Part shown: positions 1-12,880 of the stretch, piece after piece
Layout of the letters: each line of letters starts with the position of its first letter
How positions within the stretch are numbered: the stretch's first letter is position 1
DNA from: Tricharina praecox
Lineage: Eukaryota
Assembly (NCBI RefSeq): GCF_024521635.1
Contig: NW_026250413.1
Span: 434,001 to 498,000 of the forward strand
DNA length: 64,000 nucleotides
Direction of reading: 5' to 3'
The notes under the pieces: model-generated
Databases searched by the model: none
The model's input: only the letters and a program-made list of their open reading frames with translations
Told to the model about the DNA's origin: nothing
Made by a program: the position numbers and the translations under genes

Positions 1-339
1 ATCCTGATCCACTGATCCACTGATCCTACCTAGAGTATGTAGAGTAGAGTATCGCGTGTCGCCATCACGAATCGCGATCGACGGGTGAGCGGCATCGATG
101 CGAGTTTGCGGGAGTAAAGAAAGAAGAAGCCCGTACATAGAAGTCTTGCCAACTCGGCAGGCGAACGTTCAAACCGAACGCACGAACTCTCTTCTCTCTT
201 CTCTCCCCATGAGTCCATGACGACGATGAGTAAGGGATGTGGGCGGGGAGGGGGGGAGGATCCTCGAATTCGAGTACCCGGCATGTACCAGTGTACCACC
301 CGATAGGTAGAGTAGGGAACGACACCAGTCACGACAGCC

Positions 340-341
<2 letters not shown>

Positions 342-393
<52 letters not shown>
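342..393. repeat. (GGCA)n microsatellite
   Basis: About 12 consecutive aggc/ggca units. Confidence 0.95.
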
Positions 394-2607
394 TCTGTCG
401 GAGGTCGCAACGTTTCCTCTACTTTGCTACCAGGTAGTACTCCAGAGTGTGCATTCCTCAGCAGCGCCCCATCCCACGGGCCATGGCCCATGGGGGGAGG
501 GGCCGCGGGCGGCCAATCGCAAACTGCGCACATCGATATCTACATTTCAAGGTATGTAGAGCAAGTAGAGTACTTGCCGGGCCGTATGGAGAGTAGCATC
601 CCAGCCACACAGGCATATCTAGCAGAGTAGAATGGAGTGGAGTGCAAGAGTGGAGTACTCTATGTATGCTTAGGAATCTACTCTACGGGGACGGGGCCAG
701 TGGCAGTGGCAGGCTGGCAGCGAGCACGCGATATTCAGACTCCACTGTCCACTCTCCATTGCCAGAGTACTCGATTCTACACATCCACACGCGGCGGCGG
801 CGGAGGAGGAGGAGGAGGATGAGCCTGGAGGAGTGCGAGCGGCGAGAGAGTGCGAGAGTGCACATTCACATCCCATCGTGCTCTGTATACGTAGAGTACA
901 CGGTAGATATACCACGCAAAGTAGATCGAGTAGATTGACTCTCGAGTAAATAGGATGTAGGGTAGATACTTCGGTACATCGGAAATAAAAATAAAGCCGC
1001 ACTTCTCGACTCTTGAATTCAAGAGTTTTATTCCCGCCCCCTTGTAGCTGGATTTTGTGTGCACTGTAGAGAACTCCAGAGTCCACAACAGACTTGAGGC
1101 TGAAGGCTGAGATCACTCCTGAAACGAAGGATACCTGTCTAACTGTCTCATCCACCATACCAAGACCTATTTCGCGCTCAAACTTCACGGTTCGATTCCG
1201 TTCCAACTTCCAGGAAAAAGAGTAAAAGAGACACGGTACCTAGAGTACGGTGGGCGGGCCCGGCCCGACTGGGGTGGGATCATTGGGGATGATGGCATCC
1301 ATTCCTCCATCCTTACCCGCCGCCACTACCGCTGCACGTATTCTATGTAGGGTGGCTGGTGGCTACATAGGTGCGCCGTGCGCCGTGCGCCGTGCGGCAT
1401 GGCATGGCATGGCATGGCATGGACGGACGGAAAGGCAAGGTAGCACTCAAGTTCGAGTTCGAGTTCGAGGTCGACGTCTGAACTTGAACTTGAACTTTGA
1501 ACTTTGAAGTTGAGACATGACACAGTGGAGAGGAGGGCAGCTGGCGTCCGGCCCACCGCCCACGTGCCGGGCCGGACCGGACCGGCGCGTCAAAGTTGTG
1601 GCTAGCAGCGGCGAGCGCTGGGACACATGGTTGAGAAGGACTTTCGGGGGGCGGGGGCGGGTTCTTGGCTACGGGATAAGCTCGTGCGGTTGGCGGAGAT
1701 GAGGACTGCCCAGGGCCCACGGGAACCTCACGGCGCCCGTCGACGGGGGACGGAGGACGGAGGACGGCAGTCAACCGACGAGCTCGACGCGGTTTGGGCT
1801 GGGCACTGGGCAGTGAACATACACCGGCCCGGCCCGGCCGTCCTGCCCGGGAAACGGCCGAATGCAACCCTCGGAAAGCAACCCTCGGTCCCTCGGAGAG
1901 CAATACAGGATGCGTGCTGTGCCGTGCCCGTCTACGGGATACGACACTCCCAAACTCCCACTGGCCTCCCACGCGGTGCGGGAGCGGGACTAACCCCCCC
2001 TCCCGTGTATCGTGCACGCAAAGCGGAGCTGGCTATCGCCTAGGTATTATCTTGAAGTACCTATGACGATAACTGCAGTGAGCAAGTTGTAGATACAGAG
2101 TATCCGCCAAGCACACTCTTCATTGGCTGTAAAGGTTGTCTGTACGCAGAGCACTTGGCAATTTGACTGATGGTCCCTGATGCATAACATATGTAAGCAC
2201 ATATCAAATGACCTGGCACTCGACTGGCACTCGACTGGCGGAGGCACATCTACCAGGTACTTATACGGTACATACTTCATCGGTTGCTCATGAGCGCGGC
2301 ATCTGTGTAAGATGTATGCATTCATATGTAGAGTACAAGATGTAGCTGCGCTACAATTGGTCCGCCGCCACTATGCACATAACTTCTTCTGCTAGGCATA
2401 CGATATCCAACAGCACACAATCGACTCCAGAGGGCCGGCAGTGAGCCACCCACAGTGTCATAATAATACAAGTACAAATCCCATTTCCTATGCGAGCACG
2501 AGCCCAAACGCAGCGTCCAATCCCAACCCGTGTAAACGCTCTCGCACATCACATCACATCATCTATACGCCTCAATTCAATTCAATTACAACCACTCCTA
2601 CTCGACC

Positions 2608-4347
2608 CTACTCGACCTTCATACTTGTCTCCTCCTTCTCCCCCTCCCCCTCCTCCTCGACCCTCCGCTTCTTCTTCTGACTCGCATACGCGCCCCTAGC
2701 ATCGACCTTTCCAGCGACGGGCAGCACCCTCGTGCCATGGAAGACGTATCCCTCCGCGCCGCCTCTCGAGGTCATGACCGGATGTGTTCTTCCGGGGAGC
2801 ACCTGGTACTGCCGCATATTCAGCCTGTGGACGGTAGGCGCCAGGACGAGTGTGGGGTCGGGGATTTCATCGTCCCAATTCGCGGCGACGTCTTCGGCCG
2901 TGGCGGTAGTGGTGGTGGTGGTGGCCGGAGGCGTGGCCGTTTCGTCGTTTTTCCGCTGGATCCAGGTGGTCCTGCGGGCGCTGCTGTAGAGGTCCGCGAG
3001 CTCAGTGGCTTGCTCGAGGGAGGGCGAGTAGACGACCACCTGTCCGCTGCCTTTGACGAGCGGGACGACCGCCTTGAGCACGCCCGGCGTCGAGATGTGT
3101 GCGGCTACAAGGACGGCGTCGAAGTTGCCCTCGCGCGCGTCGGCGACCGCGCTAGAGACCTTTTGCCAGCGCCGGAGTTTGCGGTAGTACGCGGAGCGCT
3201 TGCCGGATTTGAGTGCGGCGAGCTCTTCGGGCGTCGACGTGGGCGGCTTCAAGAGCGAGGTGTCGTTCTCCGGGTCGAGGAGTTGCAGCCACGATAGCGT
3301 TTTGAGGTGCGTGTAGAGTGGGTGTGTTGCTGGCGGGCTGTTGGCGTCGTAATCGAAGTTGGTGAGGAGGGAGAGGTTGGGCTGCTCGTTCGCGTGCACA
3401 AGGGTTATCGTGTTGCGGACGGGCGGGGGAACGTCGAGTTTGCGCTTCTTCTGCTCGGGTTCTGTGGGCTCGGCCTCGCCTTCGGCGTCGGAGGCGGCGG
3501 CGGCAAGAGTCGACGATGGAGGTGCGTTTAGTATTCCCAGACGCTCGGCCACGGCTGCCACCAGTAGTCCGCCGGTTTCGTCGACGACCAAGTAGCGACC
3601 GCCGTAGACCACGTTTCCTAGCGACAACATCAGTCCCAGATGGTGATTCCGCATATCCAGGAACCTGTAGGGCTCCTTCTGCATAGGCAGGTAATCGGTG
3701 AGCGACGACACCGTAAGCCTGTGCACCGAGAACCTCCGCAGAAACTTTGATGCCTTGCGCAGGGTGTATTTCTGCAGCGAGAACGGCGTCTTCTGGCCGA
3801 TAGCGCTGTGCCCCGCCAACAACTTCTGGATGAGGTCCTTCCCCGAGTTCCCGGCCGTTTTCTTGAGCTCCTCAATCTCCTCCCAACTCAATGTCTGGCT
3901 GTCGGGGGTGTCGACCGTCAGCCTGTTTGTGCGCATCACCTCTTCGGTCGGAGTAGCCACGGCGCCGGCGGGCGTCGTGGGGGTAGCGGAGCCGGAGGCG
4001 GGCGAAACATAACTCAGGTCGTAATGGGTCTCGTCGGCAACACCCTGCTCCTGCTCCTGGCGCAAGCCACCCCCGAGAATATCGCGCGTCACCTCAGCGG
4101 CCGGCACCACGCGCAGTCCAGCATTGTTGTCGAGGATGTCGTAGGTGAGATTGTAGGGTCTGTGCAGCAGCGCGTTGGACGGGAACGTGCCGAATTTTCC
4201 TAGCGAGATTGTCGTGTCTGCCGAGACGCGCACGATCTTGTGGACACCGCTGGGCAGGCGCAGGAGCACGTTCTGGCCCGAGAGGATGCGATCGCCGGTG
4301 GGAGGTGACATTGCTGCTGCTGTGGTGGGGTTTGTGGTAGTCTCCAT
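2608..4347 (-). CDS. TRM6: tRNA (adenine-58-N1)-methyltransferase non-catalytic subunit Trm6/Gcd10
   Basis: Single long ORF, ATG at 4347 (METTTN...). Gcd10-family motifs ISLGKFGTF, SQTLSWEEIEELKK, KTPFSLQKY, YLVVDETGGLLVAAVAERLG and RQYQVLPGRTHPVMTSRGGAEGY. Confidence 0.93.
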   Translation of the reverse strand: METTTNPTTAAAMSPPTGDRILSGQNVLLRLPSGVHKIVRVSADTTISLGKFGTFPSNALLHRPYNLTYDILDNNAGLRVVPAAEVTRDILGGGLRQEQEQGVADETHYDLSYVSPASGSATPTTPAGAVATPTEEVMRTNRLTVDTPDSQTLSWEEIEELKKTAGNSGKDLIQKLLAGHSAIGQKTPFSLQKYTLRKASKFLRRFSVHRLTVSSLTDYLPMQKEPYRFLDMRNHHLGLMLSLGNVVYGGRYLVVDETGGLLVAAVAERLGILNAPPSSTLAAAASDAEGEAEPTEPEQKKRKLDVPPPVRNTITLVHANEQPNLSLLTNFDYDANSPPATHPLYTHLKTLSWLQLLDPENDTSLLKPPTSTPEELAALKSGKRSAYYRKLRRWQKVSSAVADAREGNFDAVLVAAHISTPGVLKAVVPLVKGSGQVVVYSPSLEQATELADLYSSARRTTWIQRKNDETATPPATTTTTTATAEDVAANWDDEIPDPTLVLAPTVHRLNMRQYQVLPGRTHPVMTSRGGAEGYVFHGTRVLPVAGKVDARGAYASQKKKRRVEEEGEGEKEETSMKVE

Positions 4348-5316
4348 GGTGGTGGTGGTGGGGGGTGGTGAGTCGTGCAAGTGCGAGACTGAATCTTTTT
4401 TGTGTGGGGCTGAACGAGAGGCTAAACGTGCAGGAGTCACGCGATGATTGGTTCGGTGCGGATGGCGCAGGGCAGTCAGGCCCCAGGGGCAAAGAGGCAA
4501 AGCGTGTTGTTTTGTTTGTCCATCTCAGCTCAGCTCAGCTCGGAACACTTACGGGGCGAAGGTGAACGGATACCAATGTGTTCTGTGTTCCGCATGAATC
4601 GATTGATTGAAATCAATTAACCGTTACGTGTTCCAAGCCGTCAGGAGGAAAGCTGTGCTCAACGCCCAACGCTCTCCGAATCACTCGCCTCGAATGCCCA
4701 TTGTTCTCGCGCTGCGTCGTTGGTGGGGGTGATCACATGCATGGTCGCTGAGGCTAAATGGCCGGTGATGTCAACGGAAGGCGGAGAGAAGAACAAGAAT
4801 CAACACAGACAGAAGCCAGTCAACGTCGCTGAATCGTGATGCAACGTCGGACTTGCAAGGAAGCAACTCGAAGAAAGGCGAAGAGAGTTGCCTGAATAAA
4901 AAACGACAGATGAGCCCCGCGTGAGAGATAAAGTGAAGATGTGTGCGTCGGGCCCTCTGCCATCCTTACCAGCACCTCATCGCCTACTTCCCCGACGGCT
5001 TGGACCCTGCTTTTAATAGCAACCCCTCTCTGTCCCCCGCCAGATCTCCCTTCCGAGCGTTACAGCACTGCTCCACCCACTCTGCGCCGTCATCGTCGCC
5101 ATCAGCCGCAGCCTCCAGGCATACACTCATATATAATTCGAACAAGACAGCTTATAGTCCCCGCCTCTCCCGTTTTCCGGACGCTGTTGTCGTCGCTTAC
5201 ACACGTATATCTTTTCACTGCTGCACCGCCACAGTCACTCAACTTGCGCATCCCTCCATTCCCGACAACTAGCCGCGTCATCCCACCGCCACGGAAAGTC
5301 GTGCGTCAACTTCCCG

Positions 5317-8274
5317 ATGATGCCTTTCAAAAAGGGCCCTTCGAGTGCCAATAATGCCGCCCTGCCATATCCCCTCACCACGGAGGAACAAGCGAGACTT
5401 ATGCTACAGGAATACGCAGACAACAACGCCAATAGCTACAGGACGGAACCATATTCGCCACCGGCAGCACTCGCTTCGCCAGACTTCGACATGCGGAACC
5501 TCAGCGACGCACTGCCAACGCCTCAGCAATCGAAAGGCAAAGGACTGGAGATACCGGGATCCCTCAGGGCTGGCGGTGCGCCTCAGAGCCCACTGAAAAG
5601 CAAGGAGAAGGAGATTCCCGATTCGCTCAGAGTCGGCGGGGGAGGGAGTGGACGAGTATCGCCGGCGGGAGACAGATCGGATGGAGAGGTCAAGAGGTCG
5701 AGCACCGAGCTACGGAGAAACTACCAGAGGGGTGATGTACCGGACATCCTGCGTGCCGGTGCGAGCCGAAAATCCGCCGAGCTGCAACGACCCGTGTCGC
5801 CCGGGCTTCCGTCGTCGTTGATGGCCCCAAGTGCGCCCAAATCGACGGCACCAAGTGCACCCAAATCGATGCTGGCACCAAGTGCGCCCAAGTCGATGTC
5901 GGTTCCACTAGTCCCAGCGGCACCACCGCTGCTGCCATCACCTGCATCGCCGGCACCCGCACCGCAAACGCCGGCGCCGCAAACACCCCAGCCGTTGCAG
6001 ACTACTCCCAGTTCGGATCACTGTAAGCTGCGCCCTGTATGACGATCAAACTGTCGGGTGACTAACATGCCGCGTGTACATATAGCTTCACCCGCATTGA
6101 TGACGGCCAGTTTATCTGCTACCGACCGCCCTTTCCATGAGTATTCGCCCTTCTACAGCCCACCCAATATCGTAGAACGTTCCGACCCTTCGCAACAGCT
6201 CCCGCCTGTGCGTCCACCCATCGCGCCCTCGAACTCAGACGACGAGAGGCAACGGAACTATTCGATTGCATCCACCGCATCCACCTTCTCTGTTTTGGAG
6301 CCTGGCGCGGATCTGTCTTCGTTCGACGCTTCGTTCAGTCGCGCATTGCCGGGGTGCCGCGGGGAGCCAGTGGTGGGGATGGCAGGCTGGCAGGAAGCGG
6401 CGCATGAGGAGGAGAGTGCGGCAAAGACTTGGGAGGAGGATCTCGAGCGACGGGCTAAGGTTGGCACGGAGCTGCAACGTAGGGCAGAAGAGGCGCAGAT
6501 GAGGATGCATGAAGAGAAACTGCAACAGCAATTCTGGGAGCAGGAACAGCTCGACTGGACCCAACAGGCCGAGATGACTGCACCTGCTAAGCCGCCAAAG
6601 GAGCTCATAACGGGGCCTGGAGTGGCCGTTCCGGCTGCGCTGGCGCCGAACAATCCATGGAATGATCGAGACGGGATGGTGACGCCGACGCCAACTCACC
6701 CTCCTTCACGTCAACCGTCGCCAGCTGTGCCTGTGCCCGCTGTAGTATCATCCACGCCGCTGCTTCCTAGGAGGACGGTAGATCCAACCACGGAAATTTA
6801 CACAATCAAGCAAGTAAACCTAGTCTCGCCGCTTTCGGGCTCGCTGCACCGGTTTCCAATCCTGCTTCAGAATGCAAATGGACCATGCCCGCTCATGGCG
6901 CTCGTAAATGCAATCACTATATCCACCCCTCCTTCGGAGAGGTCGGCTCTGTCCGAGGTTCTGCGGCAACGGGAACAAGTGTCATTATCGCTACTCCTCC
7001 AAGGTGTGTTCGAGGAGCTGATGACACGCACCCAAGACGGACGACCCATTCCGGATGTTGGGGACATGTTTGCGTTCCTGATCACCCTGCACACGGGGAT
7101 GAATGTAAATCCGCGCTTCAACGTGCCAGCCGGTTCTCTTGGGGCGTTTGAGCCCACCACAGAGCTAGACCTCTACGCAGCTTTCTCGATACCACTCGTC
7201 CACGGCTGGCTCCCGACTCCGGGCTCTCCTGCCGCCCAAGCACTCGAGAAGTCGGCGAAGACATATGACGAGACGCAAACGTTGCTCTTCGCGGAAGACG
7301 AATTGATCACCAAATTGACGACTTACAGCAATGCGGTAGCCTCCTCAGCGGAAAACCAAATTCTCCGTGACGCACCAGTAGTGCGCGAATTCATCGAGAG
7401 CACGGCAACGCAGCTCACGCCATACGGTCTGGACACGCTGCGGCGCTTCCTCCCTGAACTGAGGCCGGCGATCCTGTTCCGCAACGACCACTTCTCGACG
7501 ATCGTGCGGCTGCACGACGGTGACCTCGTGGCGCTGGTTACGGACATGGGCTTTGCGGGGCACGAAGAGGTGGTTTGGGAGCGGATCGCGGACGTGAACG
7601 GCCGGGGGAACGTATTCCTCTCGGGCGACTTCCGCGCCGTCGGCGGCAACGGACAACCCACGGGCTCTCCGCCTCCGCCGCAGCCACCGAGACCCCCGCC
7701 GCAGCAGGTACAGAGCATGCTCAACCCCGACGCGGCGCCGCCGCCCCCGCCGCCCAGAGCCCCCTCCACACAGCACGCACCCCCGCCCGACCACCACGAC
7801 GAAGACTATGACCTCGCACTGGCAATGCAGCTACAAGAGGAGGAGGACGCGCACGGGCAACAACAATACCAGCAACACCAGCAGTACCCACCACCGCAAC
7901 ACCCACCACCGCAACACCCCCACCCCCAAAACGCCCACCAACGCAGCCAATCCAGCAGCCACCTCCAACAGCCACCCACGCTTCCCCCGCGGCAAGCGGG
8001 CGGCACCACGCCCCCGCCACCCTACGACTTCGGCCCCGCCCGCAACCGCGCACAGAGCGCTGGCAACCCTCCAGGACCCGCAACCAACTCTGGCGGCGGC
8101 GACGGGAGAAGCGCTTGGATAGAGAGCCAGCAGCGGCTTACGGCGAGACGTGGCAGCGGCGTTCACAGGATCGATCCTATTGCGCCGACCGCGGCCGGGG
8201 GCCCGGGACATGGCAATGGACATGGCAATGGCAATGGCGATAGGCCTCCGAAGGAGCCGTGTGTTATTATGTGA
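5317..8274 (+). CDS. MINDY-family (DUF544) Lys48 deubiquitinase with low-complexity N-terminus, MIU-like motif and C-terminal CaaX
   Basis: ORFs 5317-6042 and 6058-8274 are joined in frame by intron 6023-6085 (GTAAGC...ACTAAC...TAG). Catalytic motifs QNANGPCPLMALVN, LVHGW, LFRNDHFST and LVTDMG; DYDLALAMQLQEEE (MIU-like); ends CVIM. Confidence 0.9.
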
Positions 8275-8816
8275 TGTGGGCGGTATAGCGAGGGCAGGGG
8301 TGGGGTGGGGGACGGGTGCTAAGGTGTTGGGGTGTATTTTTATTGTGGTTGTGTGCTTTCTCGTTGTGTTGGGGACTCTCCTCGATTTTATTTGCTTTCG
8401 TTTACTTTGATGGATTGTGCGTGGTTGGATGGGGATTTATGGATTTATGGATGGGGGGTATTTGGGCGGATTTGGGGTGGGCGGATTTGGGTTATAGCGT
8501 ACCTACCTAGAGATTTGAATGAAGATATGATATCACTCGACGGGTGGTTCTCGTGGGATAGTTGACCTCGCAGGGCGGGCAGTGAAGGTTTGTTAAGTGC
8601 CTCCGCCATACATGCCGTATGCGAAATAAGTCGACAATATCTCTCTCAGAACGCTTTGTTTTCAGTCATCCTATGTCGAGCGTTCCCATCATAGAGGAGG
8701 ACCCGTCTCCTCAATCTTGCTTGCGCCAGGATGAAAACGTAGATCCAGTTAGTTTCCGCGAGTTATTCGTGATGATCCATGATGATTCAGCGAACCAAGG
8801 AGCCAGATCATACGAT

Positions 8817-9970
8817 ATCACTCTGAGCGGGCACACTTTTGAGGAAAAAAAATAGAAGAAAAAAGAAGAAAAAAGGGTAGGCTGAATAGACGCTTAAGAA
8901 GCAAGCATCCACTGGTCTGGCAATGGCCATTCATCTTCAACCCGGTAATTTCCAAATGATCAGAGTTGCGATACCCACCACTCTGAGCACACTTCAAAGA
9001 AAGAACGGGAGGTTATGTAGGCTGAATAGACGCTGAAGAGGCAATCCCCTTCCCAATAGCCATCTAGAGGTACTCTATATTCAGCTCGGAGATATGTAGT
9101 CTCCCAGCCGTCAGAGCGAGATACACAACATCACATCACTCTGAGCAGATTTCAAACAGAAAAGGTTAGGTAGGGAGGCGGAATAGACGCTCGAGAGGCA
9201 AGCCCCCACTGCCCTAGCAACAGCTATATAGGAGTATGATAGGTACTCTAACCTCAGCTCTGTATGAGGTATGTATGCAAGCTATCAGAGCTGCGACACA
9301 CAAAATCACTCTGAGCAGACTTCGAAAAAAAAAAGAAGAAAGAAAAGAAGAAAGAAAAGGGTAGGCTGAATAGACGCTTAAGAGACAAGCACCCACTGCC
9401 CTGTCAGGAGCCTTCTAGGTATCTTCAGCCCGGTAGTCTCTAAAGTTCAAACTAGGTATCAGAGCGGCGATACACATCACATCACTCTGAGCACACTTCA
9501 AAAAAAAAGAGAAAAAATAAGAGGGGGAGACTGAATGGACGCTCAAGAGTCAAGTCCCCTCTTCCCTGGTAACAGTTATTTACTCTACCTTGATCTCGGT
9601 GGTTTCCAAGCTATCGGGGCTGCAACACGCGACATCACTCGAAGCACACTTCAAAAAAAAAAAAAGAAGAAAAAAAACAGGGTTGGGAGGGTAGGCTGAA
9701 TAGAAGCTTCAGAGGTAAGCACCCACTGCCCTGGTAATAGTGATTGAGGTAGATAAATACCTTCAGCTCGATATGTAGTCTCCAAGCTATTAGGGCGGCG
9801 ATACACATCACTCTGACACACTTTGAAAGAAAGAAAAAGAAGAAAAAAAGGTTGGGCTGAAGACTGAAGAGACGCTCAAGAGTCAAGCCCCTACTGCCCC
9901 GGCAAAGGCTATATAGAGGTACTATACCTTCAGCTCGGTATGTAGTTTCCAAACTGTCAGCTGCGATACC
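8817..9970. repeat. Degenerate tandem array, 7 units of ~150-175 bp
   Basis: Units start near 8817, 8977, 9135, 9305, 9481, 9634 and 9807 with ATCACTCTGAGCACACTTC, then an A-rich tract, GGGTAGGCTGAATAGACGCT, CCCACTGCCCT, TTCAGCTCGG and TCAGAGCTGCGATAC. Confidence 0.9.
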
Positions 9971-11798
9971 TACACCGCCGCCTATATAGCCAAGTATCAC
10001 TCGGCCGGATTATACGCTCTGCCAAAATCAGAGGCGTAACCCTGTGGTGATAAAGGCTGCCGGCGGAGCGTGGGTTTCGTCTATCCTCAGTGCTCACTCG
10101 TGGGCAAAAAATAACCTGATGCCCCCTTCGTCGGTACGGGCATGGTCGACTCTCAGGTAGATATGTAGCTGCACGGGATGGTGGACGAGCAGTCCCGACA
10201 CTGAAACCGGGATATCGGCAGTTAAGAGATTTCTTCTTCGGATCTGTGCCGGCGGCGGCGGCAGCAGCGGCAGAAGACTGTTCTTAGAGTCTAGGGTCTG
10301 GCGTAAGCTCGCGGAAATGGGAGCTCGGTGGTGGGTAATCCATGCAATATGGGCCCTGGCGGCTGCAGGGCTGTGGGGTATATACTGGTATGCTCGTCTA
10401 ACTGCGGTACACTGCAATAGCGCGCGTTAAAGATGTCGATGAGATAATGGGTTGGCAAGCGCGGCCCCCGTCTTCCCTTCCAAACGTGCATCCGCTCGGT
10501 AGTACACACGTCGTACCCTGCATACGAAACGCCCGCGGCACGATGCCCGAAAAGGAATCGTAGTCTAGCTACCTATGTAGTCTCAGGCTTGCGGGGCAAT
10601 TGAAGGCCCGGGGCCGAGTGATACCCGCTGGATGATGATGTAGGTATTCGGCTCGAACGACGAACGGGATCGGCGAGGGGCTAACGTATTGGTCGCAGAG
10701 CGCTGTTGGGCTCTTGGGGAGAGAGAGAGAAAACATCGATTGATTGTCGCATGCAGCCTTACTAGACTATGGCGAGCTGGGCTCTTGGAATTTCCCCAGA
10801 GCTCCGTTGTTGAAATTAAGAGAATAACCTGACTTGATTGATGTATTGATACGAGAAACATGAGAAAGAAGACTGCTTATAAAGGGAAACGAGCTCATAT
10901 ACACGAGGAGAAGACTGGACCTCAGATAGAGGATGCGACGATACTCGTCGCCGTATACTCGCCGCAGGACTGCGCTGGTGACTTGAGAAGCCAGATACTG
11001 CTAAGCAGCCACGAAGGAAATGAGGGCAGTATGCAAAGGATAGTGGAAAGTAGCAGTGACACCGGAAACAGACAATAAGACGCATAATATCAACACTCGT
11101 CAACGCTAACGTCATCAGTGAGAATTCATGATCTCGAAGCACGGATGTAGAGCACAACCACAGCCCGTCTATATACCCCGGGAAAATAAATCGCATTTCC
11201 CACCGCTGCGTCAATTAGAGTATATAGTAGTAATGCTCCGAACCCCCATCCCGCAACATATTTACCGCGCCCGGGCGTTCGGTCAACCGGTCAATCATAT
11301 ATTCGCTGCTGAGAACAGCGTAGTATCGTGATACCGGTAGCCCCACACCCGACACCCGACACTAGAGTAGAGTAGAGTACCGGTAGTAGAGTAGTAGAGT
11401 AGTAGAGTAGTAGTCGGTAGTCTGGCCAGCGGGCCCCCGGTATCAAAGGTTTCGCGATGCAGCCTTACCGGACTTCGCCGCCAGGGGTGATGTAAGTCTG
11501 CGACAGACCACAGTAATGCAACATAACTACACCGGATCCTCAGCACAATAGTCGTAACAAAACTTTGAACAAAGTTGAACAAAATGGATGGAATTGACAG
11601 GAGATATGCATGGTGGGTGCGTGAGAAATCTGGAGTGACCTCTGGCGGTTATTATTGACCGAGTCGGTATGTGGCTGACAAGGCTGACATGGCTGTGGCG
11701 TTCAGCTGTTTGCACCGTCGATGGATGAGCGAGTAACTGCCTACATAACCTACCTAGGTATCACAGGCCAACTTCAAAGTACCCAAGTACCCAGGTGC

Positions 11799-11978
11799 CA
11801 GTGGGTCCGGCGATTATCCCAACCGCCGAAACCTCCGCACGGAGCCCTAGATAGAGTATCCACCGGAGCCCCCACCCACCGGACCTCGCCGGCCGGCCGG
11901 ATGCTAGTCGGTGGGTCGGTGGGTCGGCGGGTCGGCGGGTCGGCGGGTCGGCGGGTCTGGTAATTATCCGGACTACTG
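11799..11978. mobile_element. Possible ~180 bp MITE-like remnant
   Basis: Imperfect inverted ends: CAGTGGGTCCGGCGATTATCCCAACCGCCGA vs reverse complement CAGTAGTCCGGATAATTACCAGACCCGCCGA. Internal (GGGTCGGC)n repeats. No clear TSD. Confidence 0.45.
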
Positions 11979-12880
11979 GGGGGAGCTGCAGTCTTCGATA
12001 CTCTATAGAGTAATAGTACTTCACCCCGGCAGGCGCACTCGGGCGCAATATCTTAGAGTTGGTAGTTTTTCCGGAACTTGCTGGAGTATACCTATGGCTG
12101 GCACGACTCACGAGCACCTACTTACTCACCTATGAGGTATGTAGTAATAGTAGAGCTGTCTAGTCACCATCCAGTATGCATAGGTAAGCACATATACATA
12201 CATACCTGGCAGCCTGGCAGGTACATACTCTAAATACCAGTAGACGAGCTGTGTACCACCATACTCTATCGATAGTTATGACTGCAGGGACCGCTGTAGA
12301 GTAATAAGCTGTAAGGCTCCCGGGGTGAGGGGGGCATTATGTTTACTTACCTACCTAGTTCAAAAGGGGGGGCTTCCCGGTGGGTAGATACTCTACTCTA
12401 TTCTACTCTATTCTGGCGGTAATGTGTAATATGTAGTTACCGGTATCGGGGTATTAGAAACACGTATTTTGACTGTGTTGATGCTGCTTTACCACCGGTA
12501 TATGTCACTATTGCTTGCTTGAAGATATGGTATGTAGCACTTCTTTTTACCCCTCTTGGACTACCTATACAAGTACAAAGTATGTAGAGCCCGTGATTCC
12601 AAACAAAGCCAAAACCAAAACCCCGTATCCATTCCCAAAGAGCAGAGCAAAAAGTTGTATCTGAAGAAAAGAAGAAGAAAAAACCAGAAACGCCGATAAA
12701 AAACATAAAAGGTAAGAGGAAAAAAACTCTTTGCACAAGATTACGTGCTACATGATGTATGGTACGTACCAGTACCGTATGTAGCGATCCACTCCCTAGC
12801 AGAAAGGTGGAAAGAAAGGCCTCCAGCGAAAAATGCATCGTGAGAAAAAAGAAAAGAGAAGAAAAGAGTGAGCATCATGA

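Noticed and set aside
1-2550. Many short ORFs and GC-rich cggcc/ggcat repeats
   Set aside because: Translations derive from microsatellites; no convincing TIR pair or domain.
4348-4500. N-terminal extension of the TRM6 ORF
   Set aside because: Starts at a non-ATG codon; the first ATG at 4347 fits the family.
8817-9970. CRISPR-like interpretation of the array
   Set aside because: Eukaryotic context, whole units are homologous, no unique spacers and no cas genes.
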